DNA of 60,738 bases, from contig JAPDJY010000049.1 in the NCBI GenBank assembly GCA_029258835.1, positions 1 through 60,738 on the forward strand, in the 5' to 3' direction. Numbering within the stretch: the first letter of the stretch is position 1; the number at the start of each line of letters is the position of its first letter. The notes beneath the pieces were generated by a model. It was not told the origin of the DNA, made no database searches, and saw nothing but the letters and a program-made list of their open reading frames with translations. Of this stretch, positions 10,690-20,717 are shown one piece after another. Position numbers and translations under genes: made by a program. The stretch is from Thermoproteota archaeon (GTDB taxonomy: Archaea > Asgardarchaeota > Jordiarchaeia > Jordiarchaeales > Freyrarchaeaceae).

Positions 10690-12170
10690 GCTCCCTCCCC
10701 CACAAGCCGCTCGAAAAACTCCCTGTTCCTGATACATCCAGGGTCGGGGGCTGTTATGTCCCTGAAGTATCCGTAAGCCCTTGCCCTGCACCCTCCACAG
10801 TAATCCCTGTAGGGGCACGACCTGCAGTTCTCCTTTAGCCTATCTCTATCCCTGAGAGTTTCGAACACTGGGTGGTGATCCCAGAGCTCCTCGAAGGATT
10901 CCTCCCTTATGTTTCCAACCTTTAAGGGCATGAAGACACATGGCTGAACACTCCCGTCCGGCTCTAGGGCTGCGTACATCCGTCCAGCTCCACATCCACC
11001 TATGAAGGCTCCGAGGCTTTCAAGCTGCCCGTAAAGCTCAGGATTGTAGAAGTGCCCTGGAATCTTCTTTACACCTCCTTCCCCCTCCTCCTGGAGGGCC
11101 ACCCTGGCGAACTGGGGTGCAGTTGAAAGGTACTCAACCTTCCTTCTATCCTTCATTCTCCTCCAAAGGTGCCTAAGCAGCCTTTCTCTTTCCTCGGGTG
11201 TAAGGTCGTTCTCCACTATGAAGCGTCCTCTGCCCGTTGGAACAAAGTTGAATATCATGTACCAGTTAACACCTAGCTCCTCGCAGAGGTCTGCTATCCT
11301 GGGGACCTCCTCGTAATTTATCTTGGTTGCCGTTGTTGAAATCTCCACGAATAATCCTTCCTCAACACAGTTCCTTATCCCCTGAAGAGTCCTCTCGTAC
11401 GCCCCGGGAACCCCCCTGAATCCATCGTGGACTTCCGGCGTGGCTCCATCCAGGCTTATCTGGACGAACCCTGCCCCCGCATCCTTGAGCCTTCTCGCCA
11501 TCTCTCTGTCTATGAGGGTGCCATTAGTTGCTACGGCCACGAAAACACCTCTCTCTCTTAACTCCTCCATTACAGTGAAAACATCCTTTTTCACTAGGGG
11601 TTCCCCGCCAGAGAACGCGACGGCGGTCACCCCTGCGTCAGCTAGCTTCCTTGCCGCCTTAATCTTTTCGTTAAGGCTCATCTCGTTGCTCAGCGGCACC
11701 CCTGCGGAAGCGTAACAGTGCTTACACTTCAAGTTGCACGCGTACGTGTAATCCCAAACTATCAGGAACGGGGCTCCTGGAACGAAGGGCTTCCTAACCC
11801 CAAACTTAGCGATCCCTAAAATAACGTCCATGAGACCTGTACACCAGTATGCGTCCCTGAACCTCTCCTTCAACTCGTCCTCCGATACCCCAAACGCCTC
11901 CCCACCTTTCCTAATAGCCCATTCAACCAGCGGCTTAACAATGTGACTGCAGGTGTAGCAGGCGTGATCCCTCACTCCTGAAAAGAGTTCGAGGGCTACC
12001 CTAAGCTTCCTCTCTCCATCCTTACCACACTTCTTGGTGAAGCGCTTCAGCATGAACCTGACGAACCTATTGTCCAGAGTCGACTTTAATACTTCAATTG
12101 TTCCTGTTATATTGCTCGTTTTCTCCCCTCCAGCCTTTATGCACCTTCCACCCGCTTGATTTCCCACCAC
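10686..12170 (-). CDS. Radical SAM/SPASM protein with N-terminal extension (candidate Gms-like GMGT synthase)
   Basis: CNLKCKHC, SGGEP, SPASM GGCGAG...PCVF...CRSC...CGGCRARA...DPGC; start uncertain (12170 GTG or 12119 ACG). Confidence 0.8.
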   Translation of the reverse strand: MVGNQAGGRCIKAGGEKTSNITGTIEVLKSTLDNRFVRFMLKRFTKKCGKDGERKLRVALELFSGVRDHACYTCSHIVKPLVEWAIRKGGEAFGVSEDELKERFRDAYWCTGLMDVILGIAKFGVRKPFVPGAPFLIVWDYTYACNLKCKHCYASAGVPLSNEMSLNEKIKAARKLADAGVTAVAFSGGEPLVKKDVFTVMEELRERGVFVAVATNGTLIDREMARRLKDAGAGFVQISLDGATPEVHDGFRGVPGAYERTLQGIRNCVEEGLFVEISTTATKINYEEVPRIADLCEELGVNWYMIFNFVPTGRGRFIVENDLTPEERERLLRHLWRRMKDRRKVEYLSTAPQFARVALQEEGEGGVKKIPGHFYNPELYGQLESLGAFIGGCGAGRMYAALEPDGSVQPCVFMPLKVGNIREESFEELWDHHPVFETLRDRDRLKENCRSCPYRDYCGGCRARAYGYFRDITAPDPGCIRNREFFERLVGEGA

Positions 12171-12320
12171 TTTGTAACCTTTTTGCAGAACTTCTTAATG
12201 GCTTGTTCTTTTTATATTTATCGTTTCAAATAAATATTTCTAAATTTTATAGAAGGAAATAGATAAAATAATTAATTGCCAAATATAACAATTGTTGAAT
12301 AAGAATAGCGAGCAAGCAAA

Positions 12321-14240
12321 CTAAACGGAGCAGCCGCTCCCACCTTTAACTATCCCAATGCTTCTCTCTATTATTTCTTGCAGGAACTCTGCTTGCTTCC
12401 CGACGCCGCTGGCGCTTCTTACTAGTGCGGTAGCCCTTGCCGCTAAGCTACGTTTTCCATGCTTAAATCCCGCCTCAAGGAGGGTTAGCGCCAACTCCCT
12501 TCCAAGTAAGTATTTTGGGATTGGTTTGTCTAGGGCGTCCACCTCCCTCTCCACTCTTCCAGCCACCTTCTCAGCCATGTCAGCCATCCCAGCGTTGAAC
12601 ATTTCCTTAGCTACCTGTATTTCACAGTAAATCCTGTTGCTTATCGCCGCGTGGCCTTCAAGGCACTTAAGCGCCTCCGACCAAAGCTCTCTCTCCCCCA
12701 TGGCAGCCATCTTGGCAAGGAGCCTTGAGCAACCCCCAACCACCAAGGATCTCCTAGGCTCACCTATCTCTTCAGCTGTAGCCTTCGCCCTCCTAACCAG
12801 CGCTACGGCTTCACTTATCCTTCCCGCTGAAACATAGCTCTCAGCAATCCTCTCAAGGATGCACGCCTTATAGTATCCCTCTTTAACTTTTTCAACCCAT
12901 TCCAAGATGCCGTGGAGCGCCTCCTCCATCCTACCCCTTGCGTTCTCCTCGATGTACTTCAAGATTTCGCAGACTGTGAGCTCTTGGAAGCTTGGGTCTA
13001 ACCTGTCTAAGAGCTCGAAAACCTTCCCTAAAGTCTCCGAGTTAACCCCTTCCGCCTTGACCGTTTCAACGATTATGTTCTGTATGGTGAATGAGTAGTA
13101 TCCTGGGTCTAACCTGACCTCCTCAGCTAGGTTTAACGCCTCACCGAGCAACCCTGCATCCTTCATGCTCCCCCCAAGCCGGGCGAGGTTAACCACTATG
13201 TCCTTAAGCACTGAAGCCCTTATCTTATCCGTCACTATGCTCCTCGCAGCCTCAATAGCCTCCTCCATCATTTCTCGCGCCCTGCCTTGCAGCCCCCTTT
13301 CGAACACTGCAAGGGCTATGTCCATTAACGTCCACGCCTTAACGGCCTTTTCAGGTATCCCCCTAGCCACTCTTATGGCTTCATCCAGCACGCCTGAAAC
13401 GCCATCCCAGTCAGCATCCACCATTGCATTAGCGACTTCACTCTCAACCCAAGCCCTCCTATAGCTGTCTCCTATCTCCTCCGCCACCCTCCCCGCCTTC
13501 CTCAAGTGTTCAAGGGATTCTGTTTCCCTAGCGAAGTGGATGAGAGCCCTTGCAACCTTCATCAGAAGCATGTCTCCCTCCCCCCTAAGCCCCCTCTTAG
13601 CCCACTTAAGGGCCTCTTCAAGGAGTGCGCCAGCTCTCTCACGGTCACCAAACGCAAGCAGCCTTCTTGAAACTTCAATCAAAATGCTGGTGCAGTTTTT
13701 AGGTATTGCAAGCCTCCTCACCACCTCAAGGAACATGTCGAACGCCCCGTTGACCCCTTCGTCCCCGAGGGCCCTTAAGCCAACCAAAACCGCACCCGTA
13801 ACAACAGGCCTGCTGAAAGCGTCAGCATAGGACATGTTCTCCAAAACCCTCTCGATGAACCCCCTGTTACCATGCATGATGCCTGCCTCAACCATCCTCA
13901 CGGCAAGCTTGGAGAACACCTCCCCCCTTTCACTCTCACTTACATCCTTTAGCGCTTCAAGCGCCCTCTCAAACGCTTCACTAGCCCTTCCAGCGTCGAG
14001 CCTCATAATCCTTAACCCGAGCTCCCCCAAAGCCGACGCTCGAACGGCGGAGTCTGGCACTCTCTCAGCAAGGCTTAAAACGTCTCCTAGCATGCTTGCC
14101 AGTAGCTCGTCGTCAACCCTAATAATCGACGACACTATAAGGGATACTGCAAAGGAACGGTACTTCTCATCTGAAAACCCTTCAGCCGCCGCTGCAACTT
14201 TCCTAAAGACGTCCCTTAAGAGCGATCCACTCAACCTCAC
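12321..14240 (-). CDS. TPR/HEAT-like alpha-solenoid repeat protein
   Basis: Recurrent ~40-aa helical units (EAIRVARGI..KA..L.DIA) across 639 aa, with no catalytic motif. Confidence 0.75.
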   Translation of the reverse strand: MRLSGSLLRDVFRKVAAAAEGFSDEKYRSFAVSLIVSSIIRVDDELLASMLGDVLSLAERVPDSAVRASALGELGLRIMRLDAGRASEAFERALEALKDVSESERGEVFSKLAVRMVEAGIMHGNRGFIERVLENMSYADAFSRPVVTGAVLVGLRALGDEGVNGAFDMFLEVVRRLAIPKNCTSILIEVSRRLLAFGDRERAGALLEEALKWAKRGLRGEGDMLLMKVARALIHFARETESLEHLRKAGRVAEEIGDSYRRAWVESEVANAMVDADWDGVSGVLDEAIRVARGIPEKAVKAWTLMDIALAVFERGLQGRAREMMEEAIEAARSIVTDKIRASVLKDIVVNLARLGGSMKDAGLLGEALNLAEEVRLDPGYYSFTIQNIIVETVKAEGVNSETLGKVFELLDRLDPSFQELTVCEILKYIEENARGRMEEALHGILEWVEKVKEGYYKACILERIAESYVSAGRISEAVALVRRAKATAEEIGEPRRSLVVGGCSRLLAKMAAMGERELWSEALKCLEGHAAISNRIYCEIQVAKEMFNAGMADMAEKVAGRVEREVDALDKPIPKYLLGRELALTLLEAGFKHGKRSLAARATALVRSASGVGKQAEFLQEIIERSIGIVKGGSGCSV

Positions 14241-14334
14241 CCCTCCAAAAAAGAGGAGGCCATCCTCTCCTAATCTAAAATAATAGAAGCAAATCTTTAA
14301 AACGTTTTTAGCAGCGAGTTCTACGGGGGTAATC

Positions 14335-14913
14335 GTGGATCTTCAAGTTATAGTTCTGAGTGGCACGCCCGGAACGGGGAAGACAACCCTCGCCAAGCTT
14401 CTATCCCAGGCTACCGGCATCAAAAACGTTGGGCTAAGCAAGCTCGTCGAGGAGAAGTCCCTCTTCTCAGGAATCGACAAAGAGAGGGGTAGCTTAATCG
14501 CGGACCTGAACAGGCTCATCCCAGAGGTCAAACGTTTAGCCGAGGAGGCGGGTGGAGAACTAATCGTTGAAGGGCACTACGCCGACGTCATACCGCGGGA
14601 GTGGGTTAGAAAAGTCATAGTGTTAAGAACCCACCCTAAGGAGCTCGAAAGAAGGCTCAGGGAGAAGGGGTGGAGCCACAGGAAGATAATGGAGAACGTG
14701 CAAGCCGAGATCATCGGGGTATGCACATACGATGCTGTTGAAGCTTACGGGTGGGCGCTCGTGTACGAGATCGACACGACGTCCAAGCAACCTCACGAGT
14801 CTCTTAAGGAAGCATTGGAGATAATCTCCGAGGGAGGGGAGAGGTATAGGGTTGGAAGAATAGACTGGCTTGCCCAGCTTGAGAGGGAGGGAGTGCTAGG
14901 CCGCTACTTCTGA
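14335..14913 (+). CDS. Adenylate kinase, AK6/Fap7 family
   Basis: GTPGTGKTT, IVEGHY, LERRL..KG.S..KI.EN.QAEI, YEIDTT. Confidence 0.92.
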   Translation: MDLQVIVLSGTPGTGKTTLAKLLSQATGIKNVGLSKLVEEKSLFSGIDKERGSLIADLNRLIPEVKRLAEEAGGELIVEGHYADVIPREWVRKVIVLRTHPKELERRLREKGWSHRKIMENVQAEIIGVCTYDAVEAYGWALVYEIDTTSKQPHESLKEALEIISEGGERYRVGRIDWLAQLEREGVLGRYF

Positions 14914-16292
14914 CTTCTCCTGTACTCATGGTACTTGATCGCTTTAGCCAGAGCCCTTGCAGCCCTCTCAGGGGACGTGTAGACTGGAATCCCAGCCTCA
15001 ATAAACCTTCTCTGCAGGTGGGCTGGGAGCAAACCCAGAGGCATCGTCGCAACTAGAGGCTTCTTAGAGCAGATACCAGACTCAACTATCATTTTAGCGG
15101 TCATCTCGGTAACCCTTATGACGTCCGCTGTCGGGGCTCCTCCAACGTAGAGTATCACGTCCACCCCTGGGTCGTCGGAGAGAACCCTAAGGACTTCAAC
15201 TGGTATTTCGGGTATGACCGCTCCGAACCCTAAGTCGACGGGGTTTTTCACGCTTGTCCCATACTCAGGAATGATTTTCTTGATCTTCTCCTTCGTCTCG
15301 CTTTTTAACTCAGCTATCTCTAGCCCTGCCTCTACGCAAGCATCCGTCGCGGCGACAGCCAGCCCGCCTGGGCTGGAGACTATCGCCACCCTTCCTCCGC
15401 AGAGCTCCTCGAGGCTCCTAAGGGCGACCACATAGTCCACGAGCTCCTCAAAGTTTAGGGCTCTCACCATCCCCGTCTGCTTAAAGACGGCGTTCCAGAT
15501 AGCGTCCGATCCTGCTATGGAGCCTGTGTGTGACGCTGCAGCCCTCGCCCCCTCCCCGGTCCTCCCAGCCTTCCAGATAACCACGGGCTTTCTCGCCGTA
15601 ACCTTTCTTGCTGCTTCCATGAACTTTCTGCCATCCTTAACCCCCTCAATGTATGCTCCTATAATTCTCGTTTCCTCGTCCTCCCCGAAGTACTCGAGCA
15701 GCTCGACGCTGTTGACATCACACTCGTTTCCTATACTGACAACCTTGCTCATATGCACGTTATAGCCCATCTCTAGGTAGAGGGAGAATATGGCTGCGAG
15801 AGAGCCGCTCTGCGAGATGAACGCTACGTCCCCCGGCTTATTGCTGAGACCTGCAAAGAGCGATATCCCGGATGAGGGGCAGTAGATCCCCATACAGTTC
15901 GGACCAACGATTCTCATACCATACCTACGTGCCACCTCAACGATTTTCTTCTCCCTCTCAACACCCTCCTTGGTCCCCGTCTCGCTGAAGCCAGCCGTTA
16001 ACACTATTACGTACTTCACACCAGCCCTCCCACAGTCCACTAACGCGTCTAAAACCTTCCCTACAGGTATCAGGAGTATTGCAAGGTCGACCTCACCCGG
16101 TATCGAGCTGACATTAGGGTAGCACTTCAACCCAAGTATCTCGGATGCCTTAGGATTAACAGGGTATATTTCTCCCTTAAACTTGAGGTCGAGCATAGAC
16201 CTAACAAACATGTACCCGGGCTTCCTCACATCCTCGGACGCCCCAATAACGGCGACGGAGCGAGGATAAAACAACAAGTTTAACCCATCCAC
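14904..16292 (-). CDS. ADP-forming acyl-CoA synthetase alpha subunit (second paralog)
   Basis: PRSVAVIGAS, VGPNCMG, SQSGS, AASHTGS, NPVDLG. Confidence 0.9.
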   Translation of the reverse strand: MDGLNLLFYPRSVAVIGASEDVRKPGYMFVRSMLDLKFKGEIYPVNPKASEILGLKCYPNVSSIPGEVDLAILLIPVGKVLDALVDCGRAGVKYVIVLTAGFSETGTKEGVEREKKIVEVARRYGMRIVGPNCMGIYCPSSGISLFAGLSNKPGDVAFISQSGSLAAIFSLYLEMGYNVHMSKVVSIGNECDVNSVELLEYFGEDEETRIIGAYIEGVKDGRKFMEAARKVTARKPVVIWKAGRTGEGARAAASHTGSIAGSDAIWNAVFKQTGMVRALNFEELVDYVVALRSLEELCGGRVAIVSSPGGLAVAATDACVEAGLEIAELKSETKEKIKKIIPEYGTSVKNPVDLGFGAVIPEIPVEVLRVLSDDPGVDVILYVGGAPTADVIRVTEMTAKMIVESGICSKKPLVATMPLGLLPAHLQRRFIEAGIPVYTSPERAARALAKAIKYHEYRRSQK

Positions 16293-16571
16293 GCCATCAC
16301 ACCCCCACCGCCAGGGAACCCGCGTCTTCCTCCATGGAAAGAACCAACAGAAGGTATCTTATTAATGAGCTGAGGTGTTGCCTTCCCTTCCTTGCCTCGG
16401 CGTAAGCGGGTAGGACCCCCGTCCGATGAAACACGGTTGCAGGGTAAGGGCAGCCCCCCTTCATGTGGATGATAATTCTCACTATAGCTCTTTTCCACCC
16501 AACGAATTCTTGCATGAGAGTGGTTTCCTCCGACTGCTCAACTAAAGAAAGAAAATAAAATGGCGCAAGGT

Positions 16572-17345
16572 TTAGGGCTTTGAAACCCTTTCTTCGAGGA
16601 TCGGCCATGCTGGCGGAGGCACCGGCTGGGTTGGAATGTATGGTATCGGGTAGCGCATTCGAACCTTAGCTCCCGCTTTCTCCAGCCCATCTAGGACGTC
16701 TCCAAGCATGCCGTATGGGATCGCGAAGAGAACCTCGTTCTCCCCAGCCATCGAGAAAACCCTGTCTCCCGCCCCTGGAATAGAAAGCCACGGCTCCTGC
16801 CTTCTCAATGACTCAACGACCGCTCTGCACGACTCCGCTAACCCTAAGAGCTCCGACTCTACAATCCCCGACTTGTAATTAGCAGCTTGGATCAGCCTTG
16901 TCACCTGAGCTGGATTACAGTAGATTAAAACCACGTCCGGATCCTTATCCATCCTCCTTAAGGGGGCGAAGTACACCCCCTTGTACTCTCCAGGCGTGAG
17001 CGTCTTTAGGGTGCTGGCCATTTCAACGTATCCCTCTCTGCTCTCCCGGTATCCCATCGCCTCCATGGCTTCCACGAGGTCCTCAACACGGTTAACTTTC
17101 AGGAACCCGTAGAGTATGGACGAGGGCAGACAGGCTATGTCATCAGCCGTGAAGCCAACTATCCACCCGTTCCTTCTTGCTAAGGAGATGCCTTGACATG
17201 TTGCCAGCCTCATGTTCATGGCTTTAGGTCGTCTAACCCTCTCAGGGAACTCTCTCTCACTCTTAACTAGTTTAACGCCGACAGGGTACGTTTGAAGCCT
17301 CAGGAAAGAGTTTAATCGTTCCTCTAAATTCTGGTAATCCGCCAT
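16572..17345 (-). CDS. DUF169 family protein
   Basis: LRLQTYPVGVK, CQGISLARRNG, PDVVLIYCNPAQ, PGAGDR pattern; ATG at 17345. Confidence 0.8.
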   Translation of the reverse strand: MADYQNLEERLNSFLRLQTYPVGVKLVKSEREFPERVRRPKAMNMRLATCQGISLARRNGWIVGFTADDIACLPSSILYGFLKVNRVEDLVEAMEAMGYRESREGYVEMASTLKTLTPGEYKGVYFAPLRRMDKDPDVVLIYCNPAQVTRLIQAANYKSGIVESELLGLAESCRAVVESLRRQEPWLSIPGAGDRVFSMAGENEVLFAIPYGMLGDVLDGLEKAGAKVRMRYPIPYIPTQPVPPPAWPILEERVSKP

Positions 17346-17579
17346 TTCCTCTCCCTCCAAGAACATCTCCCTTTCACTCTTCCCACGTTCAACTTATGAA
17401 CCTTTCCATACCATGCAACAACCATGCCAGTATCACTGTTTCCGACTCCTAACATCAGTTGAACGGTGTAAAAAGCGGGTAACACCGTCTAAAAAATGTG
17501 TTCTAGTAACATGTACGAACCCGGTCAAAGGAGGCGTGCTTCCAGGTAAAGGTTCCAGCAACACCATAAGAACTAAGCT

Positions 17580-17655
17580 TTAAGAAAGGGCAACCTGTCA
17601 ACAGGCTCATCAACTATAGCTGAAAAATCCTTTCTAGGTGGCTCATCTCCCTCAT
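17580..17655 (-). pseudogene. 5' remnant of a UroD/MtaA-family methyltransferase
   Basis: MREMSHLERIF(fs)AIVDEPVDRLPF resembles the family N-terminus; coupled by TGATG to the corrinoid pseudogene. Confidence 0.5.
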
Positions 17656-18290
17656 CACGCCTCACCCAGAACCCTTTTGAGGATCTCTATGGCCTCCGTC
17701 GCCGTGGGAGCGTATATGTGGCTCCTGTCAACTCAGCAAACTCCCTTGAGAAATGTGTGCCTCCAACCGCTATTTTAACTTGGGGAATTCCCTTCTCGTA
17801 GAGCGTGCTTGCAACCTTCTCCATGCTGTCCATGGTCGTCGTCATAAGCGTGCTCATTGCAACGCGTCAGCTCCATTCTCCATAACGGCTGAAACAAACT
17901 TTTCGACGGGAACGTCCCGGCCGGGGTCTACTACTTCAAACCCGGCAGCTGCGAGTATTGCCTTAAGAATGTTCTTCCCTATGTCGTGTACGTCCCCCTC
18001 AACGGTCCCAATAACTATCTTTTTCGCCCTCCCCTCACCCGGCTTAACGTGGGGTTTAAGAATGTTGAAGGCTGCATACATCACGTCCGACGAGAGTAGA
18101 ACCTCAGGCATAAAAACCTCCCCCTTCTCGTACATCCCAGCAACCCTGTTTATCCCCTCCCCTAAAGCCCTAACAGCCTCAATCACGTCCATTCCCTTCT
18201 CAACGACCGTTAAAGCAGCCTCTCAGCTTCAACCCTATCGATGTTCACAACAGCATCCCTCAACTTTTCAATAACATCTAAATCAGCCAC
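17655..18290 (-). pseudogene. Corrinoid (B12-binding) methyl-carrier protein, MtaC/MttC-like, with 3 frameshifts
   Basis: GTVEGDVHDIGKNI B12 motif; adjacent frames give MADLDVIEKLRDAVV..., AMSTLMTTTM...KIAVGG and HIYAPTATEA... Confidence 0.85.
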
Positions 18291-18318
18291 CGCCACCACC
18301 CCCATAAGCCCTAAATTA

Positions 18319-18581
18319 CGGTTGATTACTCCGTGAACTCTAGGCTTCACATGAAGCTCGAGGAGCTCGGGGAGGAAACAGGGTTAACAGACGACAAGCT
18401 AATGGAAGCCATAATACCCCTAAAAAGGAAAACCTGATTCACGTTTGGAGGAGCTGGCGGGGCAGCAGGCTGGTGGAAGCAATCTACGAGGGCTGAGGAA
18501 GGTAAGGCACCCGAATTCTACAAGTGGTCCCCATGAAGCAAAGGGGACGAAACATTCTAGAAAACATCCACCCCACACCTT
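18319..18581 (+). pseudogene. Decayed duplicate of the 3' (wHTH) end of the acyl-CoA dehydrogenase gene at ~26519-26790
   Basis: Identical block ggcttcacatgaagctcgaggagctcggggaggaaacaggg and cacccgaattctacaagtggt, with multiple small deletions elsewhere. Confidence 0.9.
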
Positions 18582-18668
18582 CCCCGCTCCCTCCAGGAGG
18601 TGGAGGGATGGAAGGTGAAGGGTGTTTAGACTAGAAAACATCCACCCCACACCTTCCCCGCTCCCTCC
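18557..18668 (+). repeat. 38-bp perfect direct repeat (ctagaaaacatccaccccacaccttccccgctccctcc) x2 with a 36-bp spacer
   Basis: Copies at 18557-18594 and 18631-18668. Confidence 0.9.
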
Positions 18669-18689
18669 TTTACTGCAACCTCTCTATTA

Positions 18690-18885
18690 GGCATCTGAAA
18701 GGTCAACACAGGGGTTAGGACACTTCGGGAACAACCCCATGACACGCTTTACTGTAAACAGGTCGTTGAAAATGTTGATCCTCTAAAACACGCACCCCTC
18801 ATCTGGGGAAGCACTCCCATCAGCATCCTAACGGTCGCCTCCTCCCCAGCGCCATTAGGGCCAAGAAACCTGAAAAACCCTCCTA
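18690..18885 (-). pseudogene. ABC transporter ATPase fragment
   Basis: FLGPNGAGEEATVRMLMGVL (degenerate Walker A) followed by frameshifted VMGVVPEVSNP. Confidence 0.65.
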
Positions 18886-19161
18886 AGACGCATGCAACCC
18901 TATAAGAGAGAGGCCGCGTGAAGCGGCAATAACTGCTAAGGCAAATAGTGGACGAACCCTTCCTCCTAGAGGTTTACATGTTGCCGCCAAAGTACTGTGC
19001 ATACCCGAAGAATACATCCAGTCAACCCTCGCGTTTGTACCCGTTACGCAGAAAATGAAATACCTATCTAAGCCTCCGCGAAGAAGTGGCATTTTCTACA
19101 CGAAGTTTATCGAGAGGGTTCACCCTTGAAACCCCACCGCGATGCATGCTCGCCTGTTAGC

Positions 19162-19452
19162 CTAACCTCCCAGCAACCGGAGGAGCAATCGAAAAACATC
19201 CCTATCATTAAGCTCTGTTTTGAACCCGCTCAAGCTCTCAATGTTCTGTCCGTTCATAAAGAAAAGAAGCCTCAACCCCTCGCCAGCCTTTCCACGCCGA
19301 ATCCACCCTTCAAGCTTCTCTTTGTACCTTTCAACAAGAATCTTTAATAGCTCCTCTACCGTTGCTCCATCCTCTAGCTTAACACTTTCCTCACGCCTTC
19401 CGGTTACGCCACGCAGAACCATGAAGTAGCGGACAACCTTCACCCCTCCCAC
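19162..19452 (-). CDS. MoaD/ThiS/SAMP ubiquitin-like protein with a frameshift-altered C-terminus
   Basis: beta-grasp pattern VRYF..LR..TG..E..V.L..GATV.ELL, MNGQNI, terminal GG; SIAPPVAG lies in an adjacent frame. Confidence 0.75.
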   Translation of the reverse strand: MGGVKVVRYFMVLRGVTGRREESVKLEDGATVEELLKILVERYKEKLEGWIRRGKAGEGLRLLFFMNGQNIESLSGFKTELNDRDVFRLLLRLLGG

Positions 19453-20045
19453 CTCCCTTACCCAATAATCTTCTCAAGTTATCACCCTTAAGAGATATAA
19501 TACATGGCTAAGCTGAAACATTTTAGGGAATGGTTTCACGTTTTGCCATCATACAGCTAACCTTCTTCTTCACGTTTCATTCATGGATCCCACCCGGTGA
19601 TTCTCTTTAAGATATCTCACCATCCAATCCTTTATATCCGCCACTCTTCCGGCATCCATCCAACCATCCTCTTGAATCGTTAAGGAAGAAATACTTTAGA
19701 GTGCTCGAGGAGCAACTAAACCTCTGCCCGGTGTGGTAGCGTAGCCCCCTTTATAACACCTTACCTCCTAAAGTAACCCACGCCATCACCCTAAAATTCC
19801 TCTTCCAATGTTTAGGGGGCAGCTAGGAAGCCTCCCATGTTACCACCTGTTTTCAGCAGCCTTTCGTGGCCTAGCAGCACCTTTAATGGGACATTGCACA
19901 TTTTACAATAAGTGGTCATGAGTTGCCAGCTTCATATTAATCACTAGATCATCAGACCTGCTATCCTCCTTTCCCTTCGCAACCCATTATAAACCTGACT
20001 AAATATACATATATACATGAATTTTAGTTTATAACGTAGAGGTGG

Positions 20046-20294
20046 ATGGTGTTGGCTAAAACTATAATGGTATCGGATGATGTGTATGAGCTACTTAAGA
20101 AGATGAAGCTTCCAGGTGAGAGTTTTAGCGACGTTATAAGGCGTTCCATTTTGAGGGGTAGCAGGCTGATGGATATAGCAGGAACCAGAACAATAACCAA
20201 GGAAGAATGGGGCTTGGTGGAGGCGGCCGCTGAAGGGATCAAGTTGGCAGATGAGGAGAAAAGAAGAAAGCTGTTGGATGCGATTCGAGGTTGA
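20046..20294 (+). CDS. VapB-type antitoxin
   Basis: KTIMVSDDVYELLKKMKLPGESFSDVIRR; directly upstream of a PIN gene. Confidence 0.88.
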   Translation: MVLAKTIMVSDDVYELLKKMKLPGESFSDVIRRSILRGSRLMDIAGTRTITKEEWGLVEAAAEGIKLADEEKRRKLLDAIRG

Positions 20295-20717
20295 ATGGTG
20301 CCTTCCATGTGGCTTTTTGACACGACGTTCATAATAGATCTCATCAACGCCGACGAAGGTGCCGTGAGGAAAGCACAGGAAATAGATGCGCATCCAACTT
20401 TTAAAGCCGTGTCGGTTGTCACCGTGCAGGAGTACCTCCGTGGCATATACTACCTTTACGCCAGCAATCCGGAAAAGCTCAGAGAAAAACTTGGGAAAGC
20501 TGAAGCAGACCTTTCCCGCTTCGAAATCCTGCCGTTCGACCTTCCGGTGGCGAGGAGGGCAGCGGAGCTTGAGGCAAAACTTCTAAGGAGCGGTCATCCG
20601 ATAAGCATCGCCGACGCCATAATAGCAGCAACCGCCCTCCATTACGGGTTAACCCTAGTAACTAGAAACGTTAAGCACTTTGAAAAAATTGAAGGATTAA
20701 AACTTGAGTCGTATTAA
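20295..20717 (+). CDS. vapC: VapC PIN-domain toxin
   Basis: FDTTFIID, E, ADAIIAATA, LVTRNVKHF. Confidence 0.92.
   Translation: MVPSMWLFDTTFIIDLINADEGAVRKAQEIDAHPTFKAVSVVTVQEYLRGIYYLYASNPEKLREKLGKAEADLSRFEILPFDLPVARRAAELEAKLLRSGHPISIADAIIAATALHYGLTLVTRNVKHFEKIEGLKLESY

Noticed and set aside
18557-18668. 38-bp repeat / 36-bp spacer as a mini CRISPR array
   Set aside because: Only two units, the repeat derives from the ACAD 3' end, and there is no leader or cas gene
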